DNA of 32,000 bases from Cupriavidus necator. Its GTDB lineage: Bacteria; Pseudomonadota; Gammaproteobacteria; Burkholderiales; Burkholderiaceae. This document shows, piece after piece, positions 1-8,137 of the stretch. Within the stretch, counting starts at the first letter, position 1; the number at the start of each line of letters is the position of its first letter. The notes under the pieces were generated by a model, which ran no database searches, had not been told where the DNA came from, and saw only the letters and a list, made by a program, of their open reading frames with translations. The stretch covers positions 120,001 through 152,000 of the forward strand of contig NZ_CP066019.1 of assembly GCF_016127575.1 (NCBI RefSeq), read 5' to 3'. The position numbers and the translations under genes are program-made.

Positions 1-89
1 GGGCAGGCTGAAGGAGCGGCCCGCACGGCGGGTTGAGGGCGCTGGCGGGCCGCCACGGCCGGGGCCGTGGCAACGGAAAGGGCAGGAGC

Positions 90-335
90 TCAGGCGCCGT
101 CGGTGAATGCGTCGCGGCGGTCGGTGGTCCTGGCGCCGTCAGTGAACGGGTCGGCCTTGCCCAGCCTGGCGCCGCCCAGGAACGGATCGGCCTTGCCGGC
201 GTGGGCGATGCTCCCGTCCAGGCGGGCGATGTCGGAAACGGGTTCGGAGGCGTGGGCAGCGGCCGCGGCAAACGACAGGCTGACGGCGCACAGCAGGGAA
301 AGCGCCAGGCTGCGGCGTTGGGCGATGGTCTTCAT
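90..335 (-). CDS. hypothetical small secreted protein with tandem 12-aa repeats
   Basis: 81-aa ORF with a Sec-signal-like N-terminus (MKTIAQRRSLALSLLCAVSLSFAAAAAHA/SEP). The mature part is GKADPFLGGARL / GKADPFTDGART / ..DAFTDGA repeats. No family recognised. Confidence 0.45.
   Translation of the reverse strand: MKTIAQRRSLALSLLCAVSLSFAAAAAHASEPVSDIARLDGSIAHAGKADPFLGGARLGKADPFTDGARTTDRRDAFTDGA
93..200. repeat. about 3 copies of a 36-nt tandem repeat (codes the GKADPF..GAR peptide repeat on the minus strand)
   Basis: cctggcgccgtcagtgaacgggtcggccttgcccag (129-164) is followed directly by cctggcgccgcccaggaacggatcggccttgccggc (165-200). A degenerate third copy lies at 93-128. Confidence 0.7.
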
Positions 336-475
336 GGTGTGTGGTCCTTCTCAGGCAGGGTGCGTGGCGGAAGCGCCACGATGCCTGCAATGTAGGACTT
401 CACACGGGGCAGAAAAAGGGTCAATTCTCGACACACTGTCCAGGGCTCTGGACAATGTGCCGAGCCGCCGCTGGC

Positions 476-1039
476 TCAGTAGTGCATGCCGAAGATGCTG
501 GCGCCCAGCCGCGCGATCACCATCAGCAGGATCTGCGCGATCACGAACAGCACCAGCGGCGAAACATCGAAGCCGCCCAGGCGCGGTACCACGCGCTGGA
601 TCGGGCGCAGCACCGGCGCGGTCAGGTGGTCGATGGCCGGGGTGATCGGCGAATGCGGGTTGACCCACGACAGGATCGCCATCAGCAGCGTGACCCACAT
701 TACCAGGCTGATCGTCCATTTCAGCACATAGAGCAGGGCGGTCAGCAGCATGGCCGGCAGGAAGCCGAGCAGGTCGATGCCGCTGAGCAGCGCGACCAGC
801 ACCAGGAACACCATCGCGGTCAGCCATGCGCCCACCACCGTGGCCCAGTCAATGCCGCCCACCCCGGGGATGACCCGGCGCAGCGGGCGCACCAGCCAGT
901 CGGTGATCTGGAACACCCCCTGGGACACCGCATTGCGCGTAGGCAGCCGCGTGAGCTGCATCCACACGCGCAGCAACAGCGCCATGCCGAACAGGGTGAA
1001 GACGGTATCCAGCAGGAAGAGAGCGATTTCCGAGAACAT
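476..1039 (-). CDS. yggT: YggT family integral membrane protein
   Basis: Start chosen at the internal ATG (MFSEIALFLLDTVF...). About 187 aa and hydrophobic, with two YGGT-type repeats (RPLRRVIPGVGGIDWATVV and PVLRPIQRVVPRLGGFDVSPLV). Confidence 0.85.
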   Translation of the reverse strand: MFSEIALFLLDTVFTLFGMALLLRVWMQLTRLPTRNAVSQGVFQITDWLVRPLRRVIPGVGGIDWATVVGAWLTAMVFLVLVALLSGIDLLGFLPAMLLTALLYVLKWTISLVMWVTLLMAILSWVNPHSPITPAIDHLTAPVLRPIQRVVPRLGGFDVSPLVLFVIAQILLMVIARLGASIFGMHY

Positions 1040-1276
1040 CGGTGCGTTTTCCGGTGACGGGTGAAGGTGTCTGCAACCGCACAGATTCTGCCATAGCCTG
1101 ACGCCGGCACGATGCAACCGTGCGCCGGGCACATGAGCTGGCGGACATGTTTGTGCTGGCGCCTCGGTGCGCGGCCCCTATAATTGCGTGCGCCCGGTTG
1201 CGGGACCGGCCGCGCACCCGTGGTATTGCGCGTGGTTCCTGCGCTTTCCTCCTCCTTTGCGCTTTTTCGCCACCTT

Positions 1277-1735
1277 ATGCCCAGCAAGTCCGCCCCGTCC
1301 CGGAAATCCACATCGCTTACCAAGGCCGACTTCGAGGCGCTCTCGGATTTCCGCTACCAGTTGCGGCGTTTCCTGCGGTTTTCCGAAGATGCGGCGCGCG
1401 CGGAAGGGCTGACCGTGCAGCAGTACCTGCTGCTGTTGCATATCCGCGGCTGTGCCGACAAGGACTGGGCCTCGATCGGCGAACTGGCGGAACGGCTGCA
1501 GGCCAAGCAGCACGGCGTGGTGGCGCTGGTCAACCGCTGCGAGGCGGCGGGGCTGGTCAGGCGCCGGCTCAACCCCGAGGACCGCCGCGTGGTGCAGGTA
1601 CACCTGCTGGCCAAGGGCGAGCGCTACCTGAACCGCCTGGCGATGCTGCACCGGACCGAGCTGGAATCGCTGCGCGGCGCTTTCCGCGTGGCCCGCATCA
1701 CCCAGTTCAACGACGACGGCGCCGAGCGCGCCTGA
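1277..1735 (+). CDS. MarR family transcriptional regulator
   Basis: Start at ATG 1277 (MPSKSAPS...). Winged-helix MarR pattern: LTVQQYLLLLHI...SIGELAERLQAKQHGVVALVNRCEAAGLVRRRLNPEDRRVVQVHLLAKGE. A TATAAT box lies at 1179-1184 in the divergent yggT/marR intergenic region. Confidence 0.85.
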   Translation: MPSKSAPSRKSTSLTKADFEALSDFRYQLRRFLRFSEDAARAEGLTVQQYLLLLHIRGCADKDWASIGELAERLQAKQHGVVALVNRCEAAGLVRRRLNPEDRRVVQVHLLAKGERYLNRLAMLHRTELESLRGAFRVARITQFNDDGAERA

Positions 1736-1867
1736 GCCGCGGCAGGCCTGCACTGCCAGCCAGTTACAGGCAGTTACCAATCACAGGTTCCGGTGACACC
1801 CGCTGGCTGCCGGCGGCCCTAGACTCGCGCGCATTCCCCAACACGCGCAGAGCGCAGGAGTCCTGAC

Positions 1868-2539
1868 ATGTCCATCCCCCTTCGTTCGGTTGTGCTTGCG
1901 GTGCTTGGCGCCGGTGCGCTGGCCGGGTGTGCCACGCCGTATGGCTACGACAACGGGTATGGCGGAGGGTACGGCGGCAGCTATGGTGGCGGCTATAGCA
2001 GCAGCGGCTACGGCACCAGCGGCTATGGCGGCAGCACCACCATCAGCGGCTACCCGGCGCAGCAGGGCTACCCGCAGGGGTACCCGCAACAAGGGTATCC
2101 GCAACAGGGGTATCCGCAGCAAGGCTATCCCCAGCAGCCGTATCCGCAGCAGTCATATCCGGACGGCAGCTACGGCAACAACTACGGCAACCAGGCTTAC
2201 GGCGTGCGCTACGGCTGGGTCGAGGCGATCGAGGTGGTGCCCGGCCAGCCGCCTTCGACCAGCGGCGCGGGCGCCGTGGTCGGCGGCATCGTGGGCGGAC
2301 TGCTGGGCCACCAGGTCGGCGGCGGCCGCGGCAATACCGTGGCCACCATCGGCGGCGCGGTTGCCGGTGCGGTGGCCGGCAACGAGGTCGAGAAGCGCAC
2401 CGGATCCTCGGCCGCGGCTTACCGTGTGCGCGTGCGCACCAGCGACAACGCCTACCTGACGCTGACGCAGTCCAACGCCTACCAGATGCGCATCGGCGAC
2501 CGCGTCAAGGTCGAGAACGGCGTAGCCGTGCCGTACTAA
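1868..2539 (+). CDS. outer-membrane lipoprotein, glycine-zipper (SlyB/17-kDa-antigen-like) with N-terminal Gly/Tyr- and QQGYP-repeat low-complexity region
   Basis: Lipobox LAG|C (VLGAGALAGCATP) and an AGGAG RBS 8 nt upstream. Glycine zipper GAGAVVGGIVGGLLGHQVGGGRGNTVATIGGAVAGAVAG. C-terminal YRVRVRTSDNAYLTLTQ...RIGDRVKV module. Confidence 0.85.
   Translation: MSIPLRSVVLAVLGAGALAGCATPYGYDNGYGGGYGGSYGGGYSSSGYGTSGYGGSTTISGYPAQQGYPQGYPQQGYPQQGYPQQGYPQQPYPQQSYPDGSYGNNYGNQAYGVRYGWVEAIEVVPGQPPSTSGAGAVVGGIVGGLLGHQVGGGRGNTVATIGGAVAGAVAGNEVEKRTGSSAAAYRVRVRTSDNAYLTLTQSNAYQMRIGDRVKVENGVAVPY
2048..2161 (+). repeat. in-frame tandem 12-15-nt repeats encoding (Q)QGYP x7
   Basis: ggctacccg gcg cagcagggctacccg caggggtacccg caacaagggtatccg caacaggggtatccg cagcaaggctatccc cagcagccgtatccg cagcagtcatatccg. 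Copies differ mainly at synonymous positions. Confidence 0.85.
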
Positions 2540-4077
2540 GTGCCGAACAGCTGCGCGTAGTCCTCGCGCAGCTGGCGCTTGAGCAGCTTGCCCGCCGTGT
2601 TGCGCGGCAGGTCCGCGACGAACACGATGCGCTTGGGCACCTTGAACGGTGCCAGTGCCTGGCGCGCATGGGCGATCAGCTCTTCCTCGGCGGCGTCTTC
2701 ATGGCCGCGCTTGCGCACCACGCAGGCGGCCACTGCCTCGACCCACTTCGGGTGCGGCAGTGCGAACACCGCTGCCTCGGCCACCGCGCCGTGAGTGTAC
2801 AGACACTCTTCCACCTCGCGGCTCGATACCAGCACGCCGCCTGAATTGATCACGTCCTTGATCCGGTCCACCACGTACAGGTAGCCCTCGGCATCCATAT
2901 AGCCGAGATCGCCGGAATGGAACCAGCCGCCGGTGAAGGCTTCAGCGGTCAGTTCGGGCTTGTCCCAGTACTCCGTCAGCAGTTGCGGCGAGCGATGCAC
3001 GATCTCGCCCAGCTCGCCGGGCGGCACGTCCTGCATGGTCTCGTCGACGATACGGGTCTCGACGTTCAGTACCGGCCGGCCGGCGGAGGCGGGGCGCCCG
3101 GCGTGTTCGTCGGGGCCCAGCACCGTGGCCAGCGGCCCGATCTCGCTCTGGCCGTAGCAGTTGTAGAAACGCAGTGCCGGCAGCTTCTGCTGCAGCTCAA
3201 GCAGCACCGGCACCGGCATGATCGAGGCCCCGTAGTAGGCCTTGGTCAGCGACCCCAGCCGCGCCGGATCGAAGTCCGCATGGCGCAGCAGCGCGATCCA
3301 CACCGTGGGCGGCGCAAAGAAGCTGGTGATGCCCTCGGCGTGGATGGTGCGCAGGCAATAGCCGGCCTCGGGGCTGTCGGCGATCAGCGTGGTGCCGCCG
3401 CACAGCAGCAGCGGCATCAGGAAGACATGCATCTGCGCCGAGTGGTACAGGGGCAGCGCGGCCAGCGAGTAGTCCGATTCGCGGATATCGCAGGCGGCAA
3501 TGGTGCTGACGTATTCGGCCAGCAGCGCGCGATGGGTCAGCACGGCACCCTTGGGGGCCGAGGTGGTGCCCGAGGTGTACAGGATCTGCGCAGGCGTGGT
3601 GTCGGTGAGCGAATCGGACACCGGTGCCGCGGGGCCGCTGGCGGCGGCTGCCAGTACATCGCGCACCTTGCCGCCGTGCAGCGTGCCGCTGACCTTGCAG
3701 GGCAGGCCCTCGACGCGGTCGGCCAGCGCCGGATCGGCAAAGATTGCGCTGGCGCCCGACTGCGTGACGATGTACTCGGCCTCCGCGCGCGTCATCGAGA
3801 AATTGACCGGCACATGGATCAGGCCGCTGCGCAGGCAGGCCAGCCACAGCAGCACATAGGCGTCTGAGTTCTTGCCGAAGGCGGCCACGCGGTCGCCGGG
3901 GCGCAGGCCCCATTGCGCCAGCGCGCCGGCCACGCGGGCCGCGGCCTGATCCAGTTGGCGATAGGTCCAGGCCCGTTCGCCGAAGCGGATCGCGGTCTTG
4001 CCCGGGCTGCGCCGCACGGCGCGGGCAATGGCGTCGGGAATGGTGTTGCGCAGGGCGCGCTGCTGCTCTGACTGCAT
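2536..4077 (-). CDS. AMP-dependent acyl-CoA synthetase/ligase (FadD-like)
   Basis: Start at ATG 4077 (MQSEQQRAL...) with a GGAGA RBS. AMP-binding motif YTSGTTSAPKG, plus GELGEIVHRSP, WFHSGDLGYMDAEGYLYVVDRIKD and a C-terminal PRNTAGKLLKR. Confidence 0.9.
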   Translation of the reverse strand: MQSEQQRALRNTIPDAIARAVRRSPGKTAIRFGERAWTYRQLDQAAARVAGALAQWGLRPGDRVAAFGKNSDAYVLLWLACLRSGLIHVPVNFSMTRAEAEYIVTQSGASAIFADPALADRVEGLPCKVSGTLHGGKVRDVLAAAASGPAAPVSDSLTDTTPAQILYTSGTTSAPKGAVLTHRALLAEYVSTIAACDIRESDYSLAALPLYHSAQMHVFLMPLLLCGGTTLIADSPEAGYCLRTIHAEGITSFFAPPTVWIALLRHADFDPARLGSLTKAYYGASIMPVPVLLELQQKLPALRFYNCYGQSEIGPLATVLGPDEHAGRPASAGRPVLNVETRIVDETMQDVPPGELGEIVHRSPQLLTEYWDKPELTAEAFTGGWFHSGDLGYMDAEGYLYVVDRIKDVINSGGVLVSSREVEECLYTHGAVAEAAVFALPHPKWVEAVAACVVRKRGHEDAAEEELIAHARQALAPFKVPKRIVFVADLPRNTAGKLLKRQLREDYAQLFGT

Positions 4078-4172
4078 GGTGTGGTCTCCATTGTTATGGT
4101 GGGTCCAGCAAGTCTTGAAGCCAAGCGCCGAGGATAAAGGCTGCCGCCCGGCCATGGCAAGGCGGCAGCGTC

Positions 4173-4212
4173 TCGGGGTGGGACTACAGCGCGTCGGGGT
4201 GGACTACAGCGC
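4173..4212. repeat. 20-nt direct tandem duplication spanning the hydrolase stop codon
   Basis: tcggggtgggactacagcgc (4173-4192), then g, then tcggggtggactacagcgc (4194-4212). The second copy holds the real stop (cta at 4204-4206 on the + strand) and the last codons. Confidence 0.8.
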
Positions 4213-4914
4213 TTCCGACAGGAACACCAGCGCGCGTCCGTGGGCCAGCGCGGCGCTGGGCTGGTGGTAGGAGCCGCGCGCCCAGCAGTTGAAGCCGTGG
4301 TCCGCACCCTGGTAGACGTAGATCTCGCTGCCGGGTTTGCCGGCCATGGCGTCGCGCACGCCTTGCACGGCCTCTGGCGGGATGTGCGCGTCGAGCGCGC
4401 CGTAGTGGAACTGCACCGGCACACGAATGTTCGCCGCCTCTTGCAGCTGGTTCTGGATGCCGCCGCCGTAGTAGGGCACGGCCGCATCCACCAGCCCGCG
4501 CGCCGCGCTCAGGTACGACAGCAGGCCGCCGAAGCAATAGCCCACCGCCGCCACCTTGCCGGCGCCGGTGTGCTGGCGCAGCACCTGCACCGTGGCGGCG
4601 ATATCGTCCAGCGCGGCGGTGACATCCACCGCCTTGCGCAGCGCCATGCCGCGCGCCATGTCGTCGCCTTCGTAGCCCAGTTGCACGCGTGGCGCCTGGC
4701 GCCAGAACACGTCCGGCGCCAGCACCGCATAGCCGTCGGCGGCGTACTGGTCCGCCACGGCGCGGATATGCTCGTTGACGCCGAAGATCTCCTGCAGCAG
4801 CACAATGCCCGGCGCGCCGGGCTGCACGCCTGCCGGCGGCAGGCTCAGGTAGGCATCGAAGCTGCCCGCGGCGGTGTCAACGCGGATCCACTGGCTGTCG
4901 GGGATGGCTGTCAT
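4204..4914 (-). CDS. dienelactone hydrolase family protein
   Basis: Start at ATG 4914 (MTAIPDSQW...). Motifs GIVLLQEIFGVN, nucleophile VGYCFGG, catalytic-His region YQGADHGF. Confidence 0.9.
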   Translation of the reverse strand: MTAIPDSQWIRVDTAAGSFDAYLSLPPAGVQPGAPGIVLLQEIFGVNEHIRAVADQYAADGYAVLAPDVFWRQAPRVQLGYEGDDMARGMALRKAVDVTAALDDIAATVQVLRQHTGAGKVAAVGYCFGGLLSYLSAARGLVDAAVPYYGGGIQNQLQEAANIRVPVQFHYGALDAHIPPEAVQGVRDAMAGKPGSEIYVYQGADHGFNCWARGSYHQPSAALAHGRALVFLSEAL

Positions 4915-5007
4915 GGGGAAAGGCTCTCCGGAGGGGGCTGAACAGGAAAGCTGCAAGTTTGCCACTGCGCGCCGCTTCGTGCAGGGCAGGGCGCCCTGCT
5001 GCTGCCG

Positions 5008-5766
5008 TCAGTACGCGCGCGACTGCTGGTAGCGCTTGTTCCAGTTGTCGGTGTAGGCCCTGACCACGGCGGCGTCGCCGCGGATCAGCATGCCGTTCTC
5101 GGCGTTGCGCTCCTGCGCCGACTTGGTGAAGTTGAACGATCCGGTGAAGACTGCCTGGTCGTCGAACACCATCACCTTGTTGTGCGCAATCGCGGGTTTG
5201 TTGTCGATCACCACCGGCACGCCGGCATGCTTGAGGTAGGTGGCACTGGTATAGCGCTCGGACTGCTGGCTCTTGTCCAGGATCACGCGCACGTCCACGC
5301 CGCGCCGGTGCGCCTGTGCCACGGCCTCGGCAATCGGTGCGCTGGTGAACGAATAGGCCTGGATCAGCAGGCGATGGCGCGTGCTCCGGATGGCATTGAT
5401 CAGCAGCGCCTGGCAACTCGCGCCATCGGGCACGAAGCACAGCGTGTAGCCGCTGCCATCGGCAAACGGCTTGGCCGGCACCGGCTTCGCATCCGGCGGC
5501 TGGGCCGGCTTGCCGGTGCGCGCGGGAAAGTGGTTGGCGACGGCCTCGTTGAAGGTCTCGCTGATGCTGTTGGCGATGGTGTCGGTCACCTGGTCGAAGG
5601 TGGAAGCCGAGCGGGCGTGCGCCAGTAGCGCGAAGGGACTGAACGAGGTGAAGGCCGACACGGCGGCGGCCAGGCCCAGGCCCAGCACGGCCCGGCGAAT
5701 GAATCTGTAAGTCACGGCGGATCTTTGCGTCGGTGAATGACGGCATGCGCGCGCCGCGCGCCGCAT
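5008..5766 (-). CDS. phospholipase D family protein (single-HKD, Nuc-like), secreted
   Basis: HKD motif IAHNKVMVFDD followed by GSFNFTKSAQERNAENG. Signal-like N-terminus RFIRRAVLGLGLAAAVSAFTSFSPFALLAHA. The start is uncertain: ATG 5766, ATG 5814 or GTG 5715. Confidence 0.8.
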   Translation of the reverse strand: MRRAARACRHSPTQRSAVTYRFIRRAVLGLGLAAAVSAFTSFSPFALLAHARSASTFDQVTDTIANSISETFNEAVANHFPARTGKPAQPPDAKPVPAKPFADGSGYTLCFVPDGASCQALLINAIRSTRHRLLIQAYSFTSAPIAEAVAQAHRRGVDVRVILDKSQQSERYTSATYLKHAGVPVVIDNKPAIAHNKVMVFDDQAVFTGSFNFTKSAQERNAENGMLIRGDAAVVRAYTDNWNKRYQQSRAY

Positions 5767-5949
5767 GCTGTCGGGGCGGGTTCGCAGCGTAGCAGCCGCA
5801 TACGCCACTGGCAAAGCGTGATTGTGTAACAGGATCTGCGGCCGGCTATCCGGTGCAGCATCGCTGCACCGCCGCTGCCCTTGGGACTATCCGCACCCGC
5901 GCCTATGATGGATGGAACCCCCGCGGGTCCGCCCGCCAAGGAGAGGGAT

Positions 5950-6156
5950 ATGAGCAACCATACCTACAAGCTGGTCGAGATCGTCGGATCTTCACCCGAT
6001 GGCTGCGACCAGGCCATCCAGAGCGCCATTGCCAAGGCCGGTGAAACCATCAAGAACATCGACTGGTTCGAAGTGGTGGAAACGCGCGGCCACATCACGA
6101 ACGGCAAGATCGCGCACTACCAGGTCACGCTGAAGATCGGTTTCCGCGTGAGCTGA
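5950..6156 (+). CDS. dodecin family flavin-binding protein
   Basis: 68 aa starting at ATG 5950 after an AAGGAGAGG RBS. YKLVEIVGSSPDGCDQAIQSAIAKAGETIKNIDWFEVVETRGHITNGKIAHYQVTLKIGFRV matches the dodecin fold pattern. Confidence 0.85.
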   Translation: MSNHTYKLVEIVGSSPDGCDQAIQSAIAKAGETIKNIDWFEVVETRGHITNGKIAHYQVTLKIGFRVS

Positions 6157-6162
6157 GTGCGG

Positions 6163-6180
6163 CGCCGCGCTTGCGCGGCG
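6163..6180 (+). terminator. weak stem-loop after the dodecin gene
   Basis: cgccgcg-cttg-cgcggcg, 7 nt after the stop. No T-tract follows, so terminator function is doubtful. Confidence 0.3.
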
Positions 6181-6254
6181 GAATTGCGCGACGGCACGGG
6201 CTGCGCTGCCTGTGCGGATTGGTGCGCGTGCTCGCTCCAGATGCAGCCTTCGGG

Positions 6255-6291
6255 ATAAAAAAATCGGCCGACGCGAGACTGCCGTCGGCCG
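6255..6291 (-). terminator. rho-independent terminator of the TpsB gene
   Basis: The minus strand reads cggccgacg-gcagtctcg-cgtcggccg followed by ATTTTTTTAT. It sits about 43 nt downstream of the stop at 6334. Confidence 0.75.
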
Positions 6292-6333
6292 GGTGCAGGG
6301 AAACCTGGTGTCGTCAGCCCAAACGCGACCAGC

Positions 6334-8001
6334 TCAATCGAACTGGTACGAATAAGTCATGTTGATCCGCGGCGACCGACGGCTTGCATTGGTCGGCTTG
6401 TCACCTACCGGTTGTGCCACCGACAGATCCAGCGTGTAGTAGCGCCGGTCCGAGAAGCGCGCGCCAATGGCTACCGATGACAGGCTGCGGTGCGACAGCG
6501 ACACGCTGTTGGAAAACACGCGCGCCACGTCGGCCGACACATAGGGCTGGATGGTGCGCAGGTAGGTCATGTCGGGCAGGAACAGGCGGCTGATTTCCGC
6601 CGAGGCCCCCCAGCCCTTGTCGCCCGCCACTTCGCCGGCGGGATAGCCCAGCCCGAAGAAGCGTCCGCCGAAGCTGATCTGCTCGCCCGAGGCCAGGCGG
6701 TCGCCGCTGTACTGGCCCGCCGCGGCCACGGTGAGGCCGAAGCCCGCCGGCAGGTCTTTCGACTGCGACAGCAGCAGCCGCGTGCGGAAGAAGCTCAGGT
6801 CGTTGGTGTTGTTCTGGCGGCTCGCACCCAGCGCATCGAAACCCTTGTACAGGCCGAGCGTGGCGTTGCGGCTCACGCCTTCGCCGCGCTGAACGTAGGT
6901 CAGCTCCGCGGTGCCCACGCGCACGTTGGTGCCCAGCGTCACGCGCGTGCCGGTGGCGGTGTGGGTGTACCGCTCGAACTGGTCGGCGCCGTAGAAGCCG
7001 CCGGTCAGCGTGAGCGTATGCGCGTTGGACAGCAGCAGCGGATAGCTGAGCGAGCCGCCGATGCGCTTGGTGTCGTTGACGTAGCGCGGGTTGAACCCGA
7101 TCGCCTCCAGCGTGGCGTTCTGCGGCACGCCTCGGTAGTGCGAGGCATTGAGCCGCGCGATCATGCCCTCGGTGCCGAGCGGCTGCGCGTAGCTGGCGGC
7201 GTAGTACTCCTCGTTGTCGCGGCCCTTGGGGAACAGTGCCGAGACCGAGATCTGCTCGCCCAGCGGCGTCAGACTGTTGGTGGTCGCGGTGGCAATGGCG
7301 CGCAGGCCTGGCGACATGTATTCAATGCCGGTGCCGAAGGTGAACGGCTTGCGCTTGACGTCGAGCACCATCTCGCAGGCGCCGTCGGTGGTGGTCGGCG
7401 GCTGCACCGTGGCCGCCACCTGCAGCCCGGGCTGCAGGGCCAGTGCATTGACGTAGTGTTCGAAGCGGTCCTGGCGCAGCGGGCGGTCCTGCTGCAGCTT
7501 CTCGGCAATGGCGCGCAGCCGGCCCTCTGCCGGGCCCGCCTTGCCTGTGACCGTCACCTTGGCCACATAGCCTTCGACCACGGTGATCAGCACATCGCCG
7601 TTGGCAAAGTCCTGCGCCGGCACGAAGGCAAACGAGAGCGGATAGCCGCGGTCCTTGTACATCTGCGTCACCGTGTTGGCCGCTTCCAGCAGCTGCGCCA
7701 CCGTGATCTCGCGATTGGCCAGCGGCTTGAACTGCGCGGCTACCTCCTCGAACGGCAGCGTCTTCGCGCCTTCGATGCGAAAGCGGCGCGGTGTCAGGCG
7801 TGTATTGAGCAGGTCCTGCATGGCCGCCTGCGGCCGTTCGACCTGCACGGTCACGCTGCTGTCGGGCCGGGCCGGAGCAATCTTCGGGAGCGTCTGGGTT
7901 GGGTCGCCCTGGACCGGGCTGCGCGGATCGGCCTGGACCAGGCCGTGATGGAACGCGCCGACGCTGACCAGCAGCGCGGCAACGCGATGACGTGCACGCA
8001 T
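6334..8001 (-). CDS. ShlB/FhaC/HecB family outer-membrane transporter (TpsB, type Vb)
   Basis: 555 aa with a signal-like N-terminus. POTRA pattern FRIEGAKTLPFEEVAAQF...QMYKDRGYPLSFAFVPAQDFANGDVLITVVEGYVAKVTVTG. Barrel loop-6-like FGGRFFGLGYPAGEVAGDKGWGASAEISR. The C-terminus is a beta-strand ending YSYQFD. Confidence 0.9.
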   Translation of the reverse strand: MRARHRVAALLVSVGAFHHGLVQADPRSPVQGDPTQTLPKIAPARPDSSVTVQVERPQAAMQDLLNTRLTPRRFRIEGAKTLPFEEVAAQFKPLANREITVAQLLEAANTVTQMYKDRGYPLSFAFVPAQDFANGDVLITVVEGYVAKVTVTGKAGPAEGRLRAIAEKLQQDRPLRQDRFEHYVNALALQPGLQVAATVQPPTTTDGACEMVLDVKRKPFTFGTGIEYMSPGLRAIATATTNSLTPLGEQISVSALFPKGRDNEEYYAASYAQPLGTEGMIARLNASHYRGVPQNATLEAIGFNPRYVNDTKRIGGSLSYPLLLSNAHTLTLTGGFYGADQFERYTHTATGTRVTLGTNVRVGTAELTYVQRGEGVSRNATLGLYKGFDALGASRQNNTNDLSFFRTRLLLSQSKDLPAGFGLTVAAAGQYSGDRLASGEQISFGGRFFGLGYPAGEVAGDKGWGASAEISRLFLPDMTYLRTIQPYVSADVARVFSNSVSLSHRSLSSVAIGARFSDRRYYTLDLSVAQPVGDKPTNASRRSPRINMTYSYQFD

Positions 8002-8137
8002 GGCAAAACCCCTGTAAGGAAATACTGCGGCTATTGACGTCGCGTGCCACTGGCGCGGGAATTGCCGCTACCCCCGTGCGCCTGCCGTCCGATGCTGCCG
8101 GTTCAGCGCTTGGCCGCTACGTTGAATCTGGTGTGCT

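Noticed and set aside
52-71. 9-bp-stem hairpin gccacggcc-gg-ggccgtggc downstream of the small secreted ORF, as its terminator.
   Set aside because: The loop is only 2 nt and no U-tract follows on the minus strand. It may still be a structural element, but it is not a supportable terminator call.
6490-8037. 515-aa plus-strand ORF antisense to the TpsB gene, and the many similar long ORFs in the track (e.g. 33-645 +, 2917-3867 +, 8243-9625 +, 10364-11395 -, 14004-15365 -, 15316-17076 -, 16337-18112 -, 18045-19526 -, 20067-21971 -, 22659-24359 -, 25821-27953 -, 27368-28525 -).
   Set aside because: Each lies entirely over a gene with clear family motifs in another frame or on the other strand. 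Their translations are Arg/Ala/Gly/Pro/His-rich low-complexity strings without recognisable domains or RBS. Stop codons are rare in such GC-rich DNA, so long shadow ORFs are expected.
8035-8049. TGGCAC on the minus strand (plus-strand gtgcca at 8044-8049), 43 nt upstream of the TpsB ATG, as an internal sigma-54 promoter.
   Set aside because: The -12 position reads GTCA instead of TTGC, so the GG-N10-GC rule fails. It is probably a chance -24-like hexamer.
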